From a virus (lineage: Duplodnaviria; Caudoviricetes), in IMG/VR virus record IMGVR_UViG_3300032038_000034, positions 38,773-102,772 of that record: a stretch of 64,000 nucleotides of DNA; one strand, given 5' to 3'. Made by a program: the position numbers and the translations under genes. Under the pieces are notes generated by a model. The model saw nothing but the letters and a program-made list of their open reading frames with translations, did no database searches and had not been told where the DNA came from. Shown here piece after piece: positions 29,508 through 44,500 of this stretch. Position 1 is the stretch's first letter. The number at the start of each line of letters is the position of its first letter.

Positions 29508-32500
29508 TCACTCGGGTCTATTTTTACATATATTCATTGCTTCATCTAAGAACTCATCGTCATCATCAAAGATGTCGTCACTTATTGTAGTAGGTTGTTG
29601 TTCAGCAGACTCTTCTGAAGATTCAGGTTTGTTTATCTTGATTTCTTCATCTTCTCCAAATACATCTCCAACAGTAACCTTCTGTTCTACTTGTTTTGTC
29701 TTCTTTTCTGTTTTCTTAGACTTCTTCTTTCCTCTATTACCAGCCTTACCGCCTTCTTCTGAAACGGCCATTTTACTTTTAACCCACTTTATTGCAGCGT
29801 CAAGTTGCTCCTTAGTATATTCGAAGTCACGTTCCTCAAATTCACGTTCAAGAACGTCTTCAAGCTCTTCTTCGCTCAACGCAACACCCATATCGTTGAG
29901 TGCATTTACGAACTCTTTAAGAGCGTCGTTCATATCTGTTTCTGTTGTTAAAACATCTTCTCTAAGTTTTTGCATAATTTCTTGCATTTCTAGTGGGTAC
30001 GCTGGTGATTTCTCGCCAAAGTTAAATATCTGGTAGTCGTAAGAACCAGCACGAATAGTAGCTACGGCAGGAGAAACGAGTTCATATATAGGATATGTAA
30101 CACTATTAGGATCTGTTGGATCTACTGCTTTAAATTCTCTAAACTTATACAGCAAGTAGTTGTCCGCATCGTATTTAGTTGCAGTTGGTCTGCGCATCTT
30201 TATATACGAAGGATATTTGTCATCATTACAACGATGTATAGTTTCTTCAAATCCTTTTTGTGTTTTCTTTACACCGCCAATCAACAAATGTACAGTTTTT
30301 ACAAGAGTTTCTTTACGGAATCCTACTTTGCCGCTCTTCTTCTTATACGATACAGTTTGTTGTGATTTAGAAGTAATGGTACCAAAGCTTGTATGAGCTT
30401 GTATACGCTTACCCTTACGCTTAACTGTCATCTTTATCTGCTTAACAAAGTCGTTGTCTTGCCAGTTTTGTTCGATGATACTGTCTATATCAGCGTCAGA
30501 GAAATCATATTCGCCATTTGTGAACTGATCTTGTAGTCTACGTATATACTGAGCGTATGACACGTCTTGATTATCTACCTTTATGGATAAAGCTGTTCTA
30601 ATTGTATTTGGAACATATTTAAAGAATTTTGTAGTACCATTCTTATCTCCAGAGGTAAGGAATGCATATATTGCCAGATCTTCCGCAAATTCTTTGATGT
30701 AGTAGTGGCGCGTACCGTCTTCATCGTCGTAATAATGTTCTTCGTCTCTATAAAGTTCATCCCATGCGCGCTCTAATGCATTCGCGTTATCAGAATCGTC
30801 AAGAAGGGCATTTTCAAGCTTTATGAACTGCGGACTATCAAAACCTTTAGTGGTTTCGTATACATCTGGTTGTAAAGCTTTCAATAACGGGTTAGTTATT
30901 GTACCGTTTTCACCTAACGTAATTCCGCCATCTTCTCCAAACTTAGAGAATTTGCCAGTCTTGTCTCTCTTAATCTCATTTTGGATCTTAATGAGTCTCG
31001 CTTGAATCGTCTTGTCTCCGTAGAACAAACTATTGTAATAGCCGTCACCACGTTGAGATACATATTCTTCAAAGAACTTACTCTTGAGCCAAGTCATTAT
31101 AGCTGTGGTAACCTTCTTACTAAGAGTTTTATTTTGAGATGACGAGTTAAGTCTTTCGAGAATCTTATCATGAGCATCTTTAAATGTTGCAGTAGATTGT
31201 ATTGAGAATTGACTTAGAATTCGTTCGTACAAATCTACAGCATTCTTAGTCTTCTTGTCAACATAAGAATCATTCTTAAGCGCAGTAAGACCTTCGTCCT
31301 CAAACATACCATCTTCATTGTCAAACAGCTGGTTGTATTTATCCATATATGCACGCTGTTCTACATAACTCTTACCTTGCTTCTTTGTATCAATCTTACA
31401 AGAGTTTACAAGATCTGAGAGCTTCTGTCCATATTTACCAAGTGCATTTTGTATAAAATATACATACAACTAAACATCTTTTGGACTCATATCTACAGGC
31501 TGAATAACTCCATCACGGTCTTTAACATATACTCTATATAACGGACGATTTGATTGCATGTTCTGGAATGTGTATCCGTCCTTTGCGCTATTTAGAGCTT
31601 CAGGGTTAGTAAGAATATCTTCCAGGATACATCCTTCGCGCTCTACAACATCTCCAGTTGCGGGATCTATATAATCGAAAGAATTGATATATTTTCCGTC
31701 TTCGTCTATACCAAACAAAGCTTGTGCATATGAACCAAGAACTTCTTCCGTAACTCTATTTTGTTCGTCAGAGTTTTTGCCAGACATCAACATTTCCTCT
31801 ATGAACTTGATGTCTCCGTTTGTAGAATTACCCCTCTTATACGAATCGATAACAAACTTTTTAGTTTCAGCTTTTTGACGTGACGATTTAGATCTACTTA
31901 CATCGACCATGTACTATCCAGACGCATCGTCATAAACACGTGCAAGTTCTACCATAATCGGTTGAGCCGTAAATAACAACGTACGCTCACCCATACCAGT
32001 TCTAATAAGAAGGTTTGTAAGATTGTATGTGAACGTATTAATATTCAACCGTCTGATATATGGGTCTTTTGCTACGTCAACGTGCGCATTGATAAGTCCT
32101 GACAGCCACGATAAAATAGGTTTATTCTGCTTATCACGAGGATTAGCTAAGCTTAAACATCCAAGCGAATCGAGTATATTCTTATGATCAGTGCTCTTTG
32201 CAAACTTAACTCCGTACAACTGTGTAAGTATTTGGCTGTTGTTGTTAAGAGCAAACGGTCCGATACCAAACTTACCAATCATAAACGCAGCTTTTGTAGC
32301 AACTTGGAATGCGATGTTTCCAAACTTGTAAGCATAACTACGTTCAACAGGTCTATCCTTTTCGATACGTTTCAGCAAATTCTTAATAAGGTTTGTATCG
32401 TCGTCGATAGAACGCATAGATATATGAATACTGTCTCCGTTTTCAAATACTCCGCTCTTCTTATCATACTTACCATGACTCTTTAACAACGTCAAGTAGT

Positions 32501-35500
32501 CGTTTATAAGCTTGTTACGATAGTAATCTGTAGGATTCTTGTCCTTATCGTATTCTGTAGATACAATGTCGTGTTTTTTGCCATCTTCTCCCTTCGTGGT
32601 AGAAACGTGGTAGCCAAGTCTAACAAGATAGAGTTTATCAATATCAAAGTCAGAACCTGTTGTCTTTGTAAATTCTTTTGGCAGAATTATAGTATCTCTT
32701 ACTACAGGTAGAACGTCTACGAATCTGAGAGCGTGTATAGAAGATTGTGCCTGTGTAGGAATACGCGAAGCTATGGTATTTGCTTTTGCGTTTGGACCAA
32801 TTATCTCGTGATCGATCAGCCATTTTCTAGCTGCATTGAAGTTTCCACGAAGGCCTTGTGGAATTATTTCATCGAAGAAATCCATGGATATTACAGCGTC
32901 CATGCTACCATCTTCATTGATAGGTAGCAAGTCTTCTCCGTTGTTGATATTATTCATCTTGAAGTTAACTTGCTTATCGCTAAGAACTCTAGGATGGCCT
33001 TCCATTCCCCAAACAGATCTCTGATAGAATGCGTTGCCTTTAACGTTGATATCACAAACTTCGCTGTTAATCTTAGATACAATAATACTCTATATCCAGT
33101 CTACAGAAGACATTGCTTCTAGAGGAACTTTAAAGTGCTATACTCCGTCTTTGGTTTCTACTTCAATTCCGTCAAGCATGTTTGCATCGGCATCTCTACG
33201 CTCAAGCTCACTTTCTAAGAAGGCAGAGAATTTATTTAAATCGAGCTCTCCATCAGTAAAGAACTCGCGTTCGATCTTCGCTTTTCCGATATCAGATAAC
33301 TAATTAATAGACTCCATTATGTCTTTAAGTAGATCTCTACCTCGAACTTTACTTCCGTCTGCTCTGGTATATTCTCTATTCTTACTCAAGTTTGTAAGAG
33401 CAATCTTAGTCATCTGTGTACCCATAGCAACGGTTTCTCTCTCGTGAGGATCTGTGTTTAGCTGTCGTCTAATGAAAGCAAAATCTTGTTCGTATGTCTT
33501 AAATTGGAAGTTCTTGAACGAATCAGCAGTTATTGTGTTTGGATCACATTGTGCCGCTTCTTGAGAACCGGTCTTTACTGCCGAGTGCATCATCAGCATA
33601 TCTATACCCTGCTTCTCCATCTTGTCAAGAACGTCTGCGGTAAATCCTGTAGCTATCTGTGGAAATAACGGCTGTAATGCATATTTATTATAATAGTGTA
33701 CAGGAATATCACCGGTAGACTCGTCTATACGATATCCATACGCACTATACTTTTGTGCACCAATTAACGCATCCATTATAACCAAATAAGCTCTTTCATT
33801 GCTAAGCGGATTTACATGCTTACCATCTTCGAATACTTTACCTTCAAGAATGTCAAACGCTTCTTTTACTTTAGATGTAAATCTACCACGTTGTCTAAGA
33901 AGATCTTTTGTCATCTTTGGAGTAATTAATGCAGCACCGTCTGCAACATTAATATCTCCAGAATAAGCTGACGCGTCAGTTTCTGCGCTCTGTACAGCAA
34001 TACTGTAGGCAGAAATCATATTCGCATCTTCAAATTCCTTCTTAATTTGATCGATAGAAAGTAGGTTTTTCTTTGTAACTTCGTCTTTTGCATATACCGC
34101 ATCGTTTAGCTTATCGAGTTCTTCTTGCTTCTGCTCTTCAGAAAGATCTTGGTTGTTGTTTATCTCAGACTCTTTCCATGAAATATAAGCCTCGCGGACA
34201 TAGTTGTCAACAAATGAGTTCTTCATATCATCAAACAGTTTGGATTTTACCATTTGATCTTCTATTTCTGCACATTTGTATGTTCTCCTCATGTTTGCAA
34301 GGTCTGTTCTGTTTCTGTCACCAGTAGAACCAAGACCACCCAAACGCTTAGATTCGTCACTATGTCTATCCGTAAGAACGTGCATTTTCTTTCCAGTTAA
34401 TGCATCCTTAATTTCTCCGTGCTTCCATTTAAAGAATTGTGGCTGTCCTGTATACATGCGTTCCGTTTCTTCCCCTGATATAACTCCTCGAAGATACATA
34501 TCCCATACATACGCACACACAGCTTGAGATTCCGCTCTACGCGCCTACTCAAGACTTATGTTTGTACCTTTCGCAATCTTATATTCTGCTATATACAACT
34601 GTTTTAATGAATTGATAACTTCAGAATCAAGACCTATGTTCCTATACTGCATTAAACGGTTCTGTGGCCTTGTTTTCCCTTCAACAGGATTTCCGTTGGA
34701 ATCGAGAACCTGTTCTCTAAGGTCGTCAGAAGCAACTATAAGCCCCGCACGTTCAAGCATAGCCATATTCTTTAGGAATCCCTGTTCGAGCGTCATTGCC
34801 ATAATCTTACGCTTCTCCGCAGAAGTCTTATTGAAGAATAGATCATCTGCTCGCGTTAAGCAGTCCTTTGGAGATTTATTATAATCATTAATAATTTCAA
34901 GAGTAGCTTCTCCGTTCTTATTAAGAACTACAACTTCACACAAACCACCAAAGCGTTGTCTATTTTCGTCAAAAAATTCTATAAACGGAAGTTTCTTTAA
35001 GAACTCCCACTTAGTACCCTTCTTTCCACGATTAATCTCACGCTCTATGGCGGCACGTTCACACTCTGCATATTCAATCATCTGATCTAACTGCGCATTT
35101 GGAACAGTAAAATCAAACTTTATATGCATTTCTGTAGAATTTGCCTTCTACTCTGTGTGCAAGCCTAAATGTAATAGCTAGTTACCTGGTGTTTGTGACA
35201 ACGCTCCGTAGTTTAGACCTGGAACGTTTGCGCCTGTAAGATAGAACCATGTTGATTTATCTGACAATGTAGGAAATATTATACCTCCCTACTTAAGAAT
35301 AGCAGCCTTTGCCAGCCAGTCTTCTCTTTCGGTGATCTTACGATATGACATTCCTCCATCATAGTTGGAATCTACCTTTACACCGCCGTGTGTATGAAGA
35401 ACCAAGTGTAATTTATGATCTTTCGCAAAGAACAACTACTTGATAAGCAAAGACCCCTTAGGTATACCGCGCAAACCTTTTATTGTATTATACAAGTAGT

Positions 35501-38500
35501 TTGCCATATCCTTGAGCATTCTACTGCCTTTAATCTCTCCGTCTACTAGTTCAGCTTTGTTGTAGTTGTCTGTCATATCAGAAGCCGTATGAGATTGTGC
35601 AAGCATATAGCGCTTTGTTCCTTCTGGACCATTTGTCATAATCTCAGAAGCAGCTTTATTATATCTACTTACAGCTCTAGACAACCACTTGACAAATCCG
35701 TTCTAAGAATAAATATACGTACCTGAACGTCTTACCTTCTTAGCATTTCTACCGTAACCAACAGTCTCCTCGTCAGTATCTTGAGTAAGGATTGTATTAT
35801 TTCCTTTCTCTGTCAACTGTGTTTTAAGATATTGTAAGTCTTCTACAAACTTAGCAAAACTAGTATCGGCCTCTTTTCTAGAAATGAGCTTACCAAACGA
35901 CTGACGTATTGTATTATCTCTACCAAACTGTTCTTGTAAATAATATTCCAGCGCTTCTCTTGTTATATCAATACCAAGTGTGTTAAGAGCTTTAATAAAC
36001 TCGTTTTCGATAACTCTGAAACCTTCATCTGTATTCTTGTCTACACTTTTACCGTTTAGTTTGGCAACACCGCTTGTCTAGAATATATTGTGTATTCGAC
36101 TGAGAGTAGATATTGCATTGGATAATATAGTTTTACCTGTGTCTGTAAATGTATATTTAGCTCCGTTTGTAATACGGAAGATTCCACTTACACCGCTACG
36201 CAATCTAGTAAACCAAGATGCAGGATATACACTTGCTGCATAATCACTATCACTAGATCTTACGACAGCGGTATAACTACCTTCTATAGGATCACCATCG
36301 CTATCAATCTCTTGTTGTAGACTTACCATGATGAAATCAAGCTTCTAGCAAGCTACATAGTTAAATAACTGTGTAACAAACGATTCCATGTCTGGATTTG
36401 TTTGTGTTACAGCACCTTCTATACGCTGCCCTGGGTTTTCTCCAGCATCGTTCCATGTATAATACCAACCAAATTCATCTTTAGCTTGTTCATACATGTC
36501 CTAATCAACAACCTTTCCGTTTAGTGTAATTTGGTTTTTGCCGTTGGGAGTTTTCTTAATTTCGTTTTGTAATGCAGATCTGTACTTTTTGGCTATTCTA
36601 TAGAATATCGGATCAGTATTAGATAGCTTCTGCAAACGCTCGTCCAACTCGTTTACGTCACTTACATCATGACATGCAAGAAGAAGTTTGTTAGATACAA
36701 CCTTCATGCTCAGATATTGCTGATATCCAAGAAGATTGGTGGAATTACTGATAGTGATTGGATTTCCCTCCTTATCTTCAACACTACGTACAAGTCCGTT
36801 TTCAACGTCATCTTCTGTAGCAAATCTTTCGTCTGGGATACTGCTTAAGAAGAATCTTACAGCAGCTGTGGCATCGTCTGTTCTGGCGTGGTCGTAGAAT
36901 TCATCTTTATGATCACCAACATCCTTAGAAACAATATTCTCCTCTTCTGGATCATCAATATTCTCTGGGCCATTGTCCATCTTATCTACGTAATCCTCTT
37001 CAGTACGACGTTCAGAGTCTATAGACATTTTTGCAAGTCTGTCGTTGATCTTTTTCTCAACAATCCACCATGTCTTTTCGTCAAACAATTGAGCCATCAT
37101 CTTCTGATTTTGGTTCAACGTATCTTCTGTTCTAGCAGACTCGTTTTCAAAAATCTTATTTAACAACTCTACTTTAAGAGCCTTTTTATCGTTTCTAATA
37201 TCCGGATTTTCTTCAAGAATTTGATCTACATACGTTGCCACTTCTTCCGTATGCTTATACAGTCTGAAGTATGTGTTTGCATCGTGTATAGTAAACTTCT
37301 CGCCTCCGGTAGCATACTCCCCAGTAATAACTCTAAACCAAGAAGAATGCTCTGTTTCCTCTTTGCCGTGGAACAGTTTTGCAATTTCGTCTCTAGATGT
37401 CTTCAGTCTTGCAGCATTCGAAGCAAGCATGTCTATACTATATCCTGTACATAGAGCATAAACAATACCGCTTATTGCGTCATTAAACAAGCTTCTACCG
37501 CCAAACGCAGGGAACTTATCAAGTTCAATCGTAACCATTTCACCATTTGAGTTTCTAGCAGATATACGCATATCGGCAACACCGCCTAAAACTTCCATAA
37601 AATGCTTCACATTGGCTTGATCTGGTTTATACCAGCGATATATTCCACTATTTGCTTTAACAAACAACCAGGCAAATCTACGGTCGCCGAGAGCTTTTAA
37701 TCCATCTATATAGTTCTTAATCTCTTTAAACGTTTTAAGAATATTCCAATGAAGTTTGATCTCAGTCTTATCCATTACCCATTGTCTAAACATTTCGGCA
37801 AAATCTTCAGATATATCTCTATCAGTGAGATCTCTGCCGTTAGCACGTTTAAATTGATCATTATATTTAGCTCTGTATACGTCGTATAATTTCTGTCTAT
37901 ATTTATTAGATACTAGGATCTCGAATATTCTGTGGAACGCCTCGTGCAATTCTGTACCTTCGTTCATATTGTCACTGAGCTAGAATCCACTTACAGCAGT
38001 TCTACCAGCTACATTTGGACCAAGTTTTAAAGCTGCGTCTATAACCTCAGAATCCCACTTTAACCCAACATTTCCAACAAGACGTTGTAGGCGCTTCTTA
38101 ACTTGTGCTTTTTCCTTGTCGGTCAAAGGTGTAGGTCTGAGGCTTTCTACAACTCTTCTACCTCCACCAGGAAGATCATCATCATCAAGTTCGTCTATCA
38201 AAGCTCGAATACGCTTCTTTCTTTCAGACTCTTCCTAATCAATTATAGGTTTCTGTTTTGGTGCAGGTTCGCTTTCTACAGGATTGACAGTTTTAGTTTC
38301 CTCCTTCTTTTCCTCTTTGGCTTTTGCAGCAGCCTTTTTAGACTTGCTATGAACACCGAGTTCATGAATCGATATAATGGGGTTTTCAAGCCCGTCAGCG
38401 TTAGTTCCAGCATATCCGTGCTTAATTGCCCACGCGATGCCAGTGAGGCCCTTAGACGCGTCATTTTCGTCTGCAAACACATCATCTACGTCAATCTGAG

Positions 38501-41500
38501 TATCTCCGTTCAGTACGATGCTTTGTACATCCTGATTATTCTCGTCCAAGAAGAACGTTCTTAATGCTCCAAATGGAGAATCTTCGTTGTCGGTATTTAA
38601 GCTTGCGCGCATCGTACCCATCTAGTTGATGTGCATTTGTGTAAGGGACAGAATCTCTAACAGTTGATTTACATCTTCTTGTTTACGTAGATCTAAATCG
38701 ATAGTAGGACGATGTAAGTTACCGTCTTGATCTTCCACAGGAGTTGCTCGCATGTCTGTAATACGAACGATCTTATGGCCAGCAATAGGGCTCATATCGT
38801 CTTTTCTAGCATAGTCAAAAATAAATTCATCATTTGCATATTCTGCCTGCTGTCCAAAACGAACAAGTAATTTGAGAACTTTCATGTTCGTAAGACCTGG
38901 AATAGTAGCGTCTCGTAACTGTCCGTTTTTTGTTCTTACTTTAACTGTAAACAAAGATTTTTCGTCTTTACTTGGAGTTTTGCTATTAGCCAAGTCTAAA
39001 AGTATTTTTGCAATAAGCTTTCCGTCGTATTCACTGAGAGTTTTTCCTTGAAGTACGAGCGGCACGGTACGCATTTCATCGCTTTCAGAATCCTCTTCGT
39101 TCTTGAACTTGTGTAAGAAAATAACAACACCGTCTGGTATAGACTCATTGCCAACGTTTCCAGGAACAACTTTTTCACGTATTTTTTGAACAATCAAATG
39201 TCCTTCTGGATCTGTCTTTGGAGACCATATAGCTTCGCGGTTGCCACTACCAACTTCAACAACGATTCCGCCATCAGAAACACCAATAAGACTATCTGTT
39301 CCATTTATTAAAGATAACAGTCTTGGGTCGTTCTTAGACATGAACTGAGTGTCTGTAAGTTTTTTATTCTTACCTGCATACCTAATAGTACCGTTTGTTC
39401 TTGTAATCTTAGTAGCAACAATCTGCTCTCCAGGTTTTAAAGTTTTTGCAAGTTGATAATATTGACGTAAGAAATTACGCCCCATTGCACCAAGATATGC
39501 GTCTAACACCATACGCTGATTACGCATATCTTCTGGACATGCGTCGTTTTTGCCAATATTTAATTCTATTGGGCGGAAAGTAATCCCTCTATACGTAATT
39601 GTAACTGTAAAGACATCTAGATCATTTTTATCATCTCGTTCGACAACAAATGTAGCGTTTTTAAGGAAATCAGATTTTATATTATTCTTCATATAATCTT
39701 TCATGTCCTTAACTGCTTTACTAAACGAATGCAAACTATTAAAGTGCCACCATCTAGACTATTCTTCTGGCATAACATCTTCTGTTTCTTCGTTAAGCCA
39801 TGATCTATTTCCGTCCTGGTTAATTGGTTCCTTATTTATTGGTTCTGGCTCTTTATTAAATTCACTAATCTATTCGTCTGCCAGCTACATTTGATAATTT
39901 AACTCTTTGACAAGCTCGTCTCGCTGTGTATATAAACCGTTTATATAAACTTCATCTGCAAGTTTTATATTATCGTCTTTTATAGAATCAAGAATGTCTA
40001 CAAGATTACTAAGTTGTTCTATCAACTCTATTAATTTTGATAATGTATCCGGTTTAATACCAGCAGTACTGGATTTTGCACGAGATTCAGAAATGTATTC
40101 GCGTATATCAGAAACTACATCTTCTATTTCTTGCATAGAAACAACCTTCGATTCACTATTTAAATAGTTATCTACTTCTCTTATCTCAGATTGTAACTTT
40201 GGTTCTTTTGTAAGATCTATTGGGTCGTATACACGAACATTCGAAATATTTTTAACCTTTTGGTCTTTTGTGTTATATTCTACAGCAAATGGAATAACTT
40301 CCAATGACGTGACGTTTCGTCCGGTCTGCTATTGAATTAATAATCTATATGCTTCAAGCTATCTTGTATACTAAGCTGCGTATGTACGTTTGCCTAACTA
40401 TCCTTGTTTTGTAGCGACGTCGTCAAGGAATGATGAAGATGTTTTTGTTTCTGCACCTTCTGGCAGATTTTCTTTGCTGATAGGCATCCATACATCGTTG
40501 CCCTATAAATCCTTTGTCTTGTAATATAACTAAGTATCAAATTTAGAAAGATCACTTGTTGTCTTAAAGTCAAGTATGTGTAAGTTTCCTTGCTTATCGA
40601 TTGCGATCATGTCGGTTTCACCAGCCATTCTCATGCCGTTACCAAGCTGACCGTACCAAGTATAACTATTTGTATCAACTACCCAACCGAGGTTATTAAA
40701 TCTTTCTTGTAGTTTGTTTAACTGCTTGATTATACTATTAAATGTAACATCAGACATATGATAAGCCTTCTTGTTTTCCACATCTGTCTATGGATCAAAG
40801 AAGTCTCTCGCTATTTCGTCTATTATAGAACCTACTACTACAGCAGGACCTGGGCGTTCGGATGTGAGTATAGATGATATTGCTGCAACAATATCAGGAT
40901 CATTTAACACATTTCCACGCAAATAATACGATAAATCGATTGAATAATAATCATATTCTTCACTATCAATTCCATATTGTTGTGCAACACCATCGTTGTA
41001 TTCTTCTTGCAGTTGTGTAACTCTATCTTGGAATTCTTTTTTGCTCTTAGAATAAAGATCACTCAGTTCGAGAGATAATGTTCTACGCCGTGTTCTTTGA
41101 ACTTCGTCTTCGTCGAAGATGTTATCTAGAACTCCGTGCACACGAGTAAATCGCTAGATTTTATTTTTAATTTTGATAAAATAATCGTGACCTGTTCTAC
41201 GTTTTTTGCCGTTGGTAAGCTCAGTACTTTTTTTATCAGACTATTTCTTCTAAGAAAGCTAATCTATTACTGAGGTTTGTTTTTTGTTTGGTTTTACGGT
41301 AGAACCTGTTTTGCTTTCAGGCTCAACAGACGTCAAAGCTTTAATTTGCTCTGATGTTTGTGCAGCAAGAACCTCCCCGTTATCTATGTTTACAAGGTCG
41401 TATGTATATTTTGCTTCATACGTATCAGGATCGATAGATTCTAAATAAGACTGTCCGACCGTGTATTTATTTCCGTCGTTTGCTACAATAATATCTCCTA

Positions 41501-44500
41501 CCGAGTATGCTTCTTGATTTATAGGAGAAGTAATCTTCTTTGCGGTCATTGGGTGAACCGTTTCAACATCAGGTCTACTTGCGCCATAAGATACAACTAA
41601 CGAACCATCTTCGTTTTCGCCAATAACCTTACCTACTCCACTGTCTGTAGTTACATAGTCATCAATGTGAATGACATCTGGAGATTCTACAACATCTTCT
41701 ACTTCTTCTACAGGTTCTTCTTGTGCCTCTACTGTAACATTTCCCGTCTATATGTTCTCATTTGCCTTTTTAGACGCAGCACGTTTTTGTATTGCAGCCT
41801 CTTCTGATTTTTTAGCCTAGTCGTATTCTATAGGATTAAATTGTAGAACCTGGTCATCTATTTTTCTAGATCCTGGGTGATAGCGGTGTTTTTCTATAGT
41901 CTCTCCGTTCCTCTTAGTTATATACCAATAACCATCGTCGCCAACGTATATGTCGTTGTCTTTTACATCTCTTGCTGCAGCCGATTCATAGTCACGAATT
42001 GTGCTTACATAATCGTCTTCTAAGATAGCTTCTAACTGTTCATCTGATTTTACCCTATCGTCCCATAGTTTTACATAGTATTCCGGATCTTGCGAAAAAT
42101 CTTGTAGAAGTTGATCTTGTAATACAAAATCAAATTCCGCAAGTTCTCTTTCTCGCATCATTCCCATATACGTTTGTATATAATCCTACAGAGATGATAC
42201 TTTTTGTTCTTCAGGGAGAGTTCTATCTATCAGTTGTTGTATTATGCTGCCTTCTTCCGACATCGATAATACATTAAATACGTCGTCTTGCGTTTCAATA
42301 TTATATCCTAACTTTTTAAGTTGTGATTTTATTTCTGCAAGTTTAGCTTTAGATCTACTTAAGAATACGTCGTCATTTCCTGTTAGTTTTTGTAAAGACG
42401 AATAATCATCTACGATTTCCATCAAAGTCGCAGCGTGAACAAGCATTTTTGCGGTTTCATTTTTCTGAAGAGTATCTTTAACTTTGTTTGTAGACTCTTC
42501 ATTTGGAGATTCTGAAGTAATGTAATCCTCTTCAAAATTACCATTTCTTACTTCTCTTTCAATAGAAGCTCTTACGTAATCCTCTACCGCATCTTGACCC
42601 AAAGCAGCCATTTGTTGTGCTTCTAGATCTTGAAAAGCTGCAAAAGCCTCTGCGCGCTTTTTACGTCTAAAATTTAACTGAGATACTATTTTTGCATATT
42701 TATCGGAACCAAATTTAGCATTGGCTCTGGCGCCTAAAATTTTTGCATAATCGGAATTAGCAAGAGCATAAATATCTTCGTAATCTTGCTCTTGCTCGTC
42801 TATTAACTCTACAGGTATATATTTATCATCCTCCTACATAAGTTGATCTTGTGTGTAAGAAGGATTTAATTTCATCTGAGCGTCTTCGTGTGCTGCCGCA
42901 AGACGTCTAAACTGAGCAAATTTCTCTTTCATTTGCTCTCTGTCTTCTTTTGTTGACAGTTTTGCATAAGAACGAGCCTACTCTAATTCAGCAATGTTTC
43001 CTCTTCGTTCAGCGTCTATATTGTTTTGTATCGCCTGAATCAGTTTGTAATCGTGTATACCTTTTCTTGTTTGCACATATACTTGACTCAACCCAGGACC
43101 AAACAATGTAAGAAGCGGTGTGGCGTTCATTTGTGAGTATGTCTCAGCTTCAGATCTCATCTCTGGAGAATTTTGATTCATCCAAATGTACGCAGCATCC
43201 TTGGCATGCATTAAATCTTCGAATATACGATCAGAAAGATCTCTATTGTGCTAAACGTCATATTCTGGTTCTGCTAATGATGTTCTAGCTTGAACACCTT
43301 CTTGCATCATTTCAGAAGCCGTATCTACACCTAGTCTGGCAGCTATGTTCAATCCAGTTTTTCCGACAGTAGCAGCTTTCATCCACGCGCTAGGAACGCG
43401 AGTTGCAAATTCTCTGACAGCTTGATATGCTTTGGATATCCTTGGTTCTATTCCTAACGTCTTGAGTCCTACATGCAAAGCCGTTCCGCTAACTGCACCT
43501 AACGTCGCGCCGATTGATGCACCGAGTCCAGATCCGTCAGAAGCAGCATAGCCAGCTTCTGCTCCTATAACACTTCCAGCTACAGTACCAAGTGGTATTT
43601 TAGACGCCGCTTTTCCGGTTTTAATTACTCCGTTTTTAACAAGTTGAGCAATTTTACCGTCAATTACGTCGATGTATCTATTATGTATACCCTTTTTAAA
43701 TCCTTGATATGCAATACCTGTAGCGGTTTTCTTAAATCCCATTCTAGCAGCTCTGCCGACTAATTTTGTGGAATGCGCTAAGTATTTAACCGGTTCCAAA
43801 TTTGCTATATCGGCTATTGCACCCACAGCGGCGTCTGTGGTGTTTACAGGTTGATTGTTATAAAATTGATTATTTGTTCCTATAACAGCATCCGCGTGCA
43901 TCTTAGTGATCTTTGGATCTTTAGAATGCCACATTCCAGCTAAAAATGCATCTGTTATTATGTCAACGTTTTTATTATCGTCTTTAGATGTATTTAAAGC
44001 AGCCTTTAGTTCTGGATATTTATTACTAGAGTTAATCTATTTTTTACCCTCTTCTATAAAATCGTTATATTTTTCAGAAGATATCAGTTTTGCACGTAAT
44101 AAAGATTTTGTTCTTTCGTTGGCTTCTATATTATTTTCATCAGAACCTGCTGATTTATCGGCTTCAAACGCAGTTCCGATAGCAATAGCCTATATTGCGG
44201 CAGAAGTACCACCAGTGGTTAAGGCTCCGGCAACAGAACCTCCTATTTTTGATCCAGCACTGATTATACTCTTCCACCAAGAAGAATTCGATCCACCTGC
44301 AATACCAGACCATCCAAACTAGGCCATTTTAACAGGATCAGACCAGTCAAAATTACTTTGTTCAAGTAATGTTTTCTGAGATTTATAGTAAGGATCTACT
44401 TCTAAGTGGACACCAAATATATTGTTTCCATTTCTCCAATCTGCCAAATCCTAAGCATCTGTTAATGCCTACTTTCTCCAGTCTTCTTGTCTATTGTTTG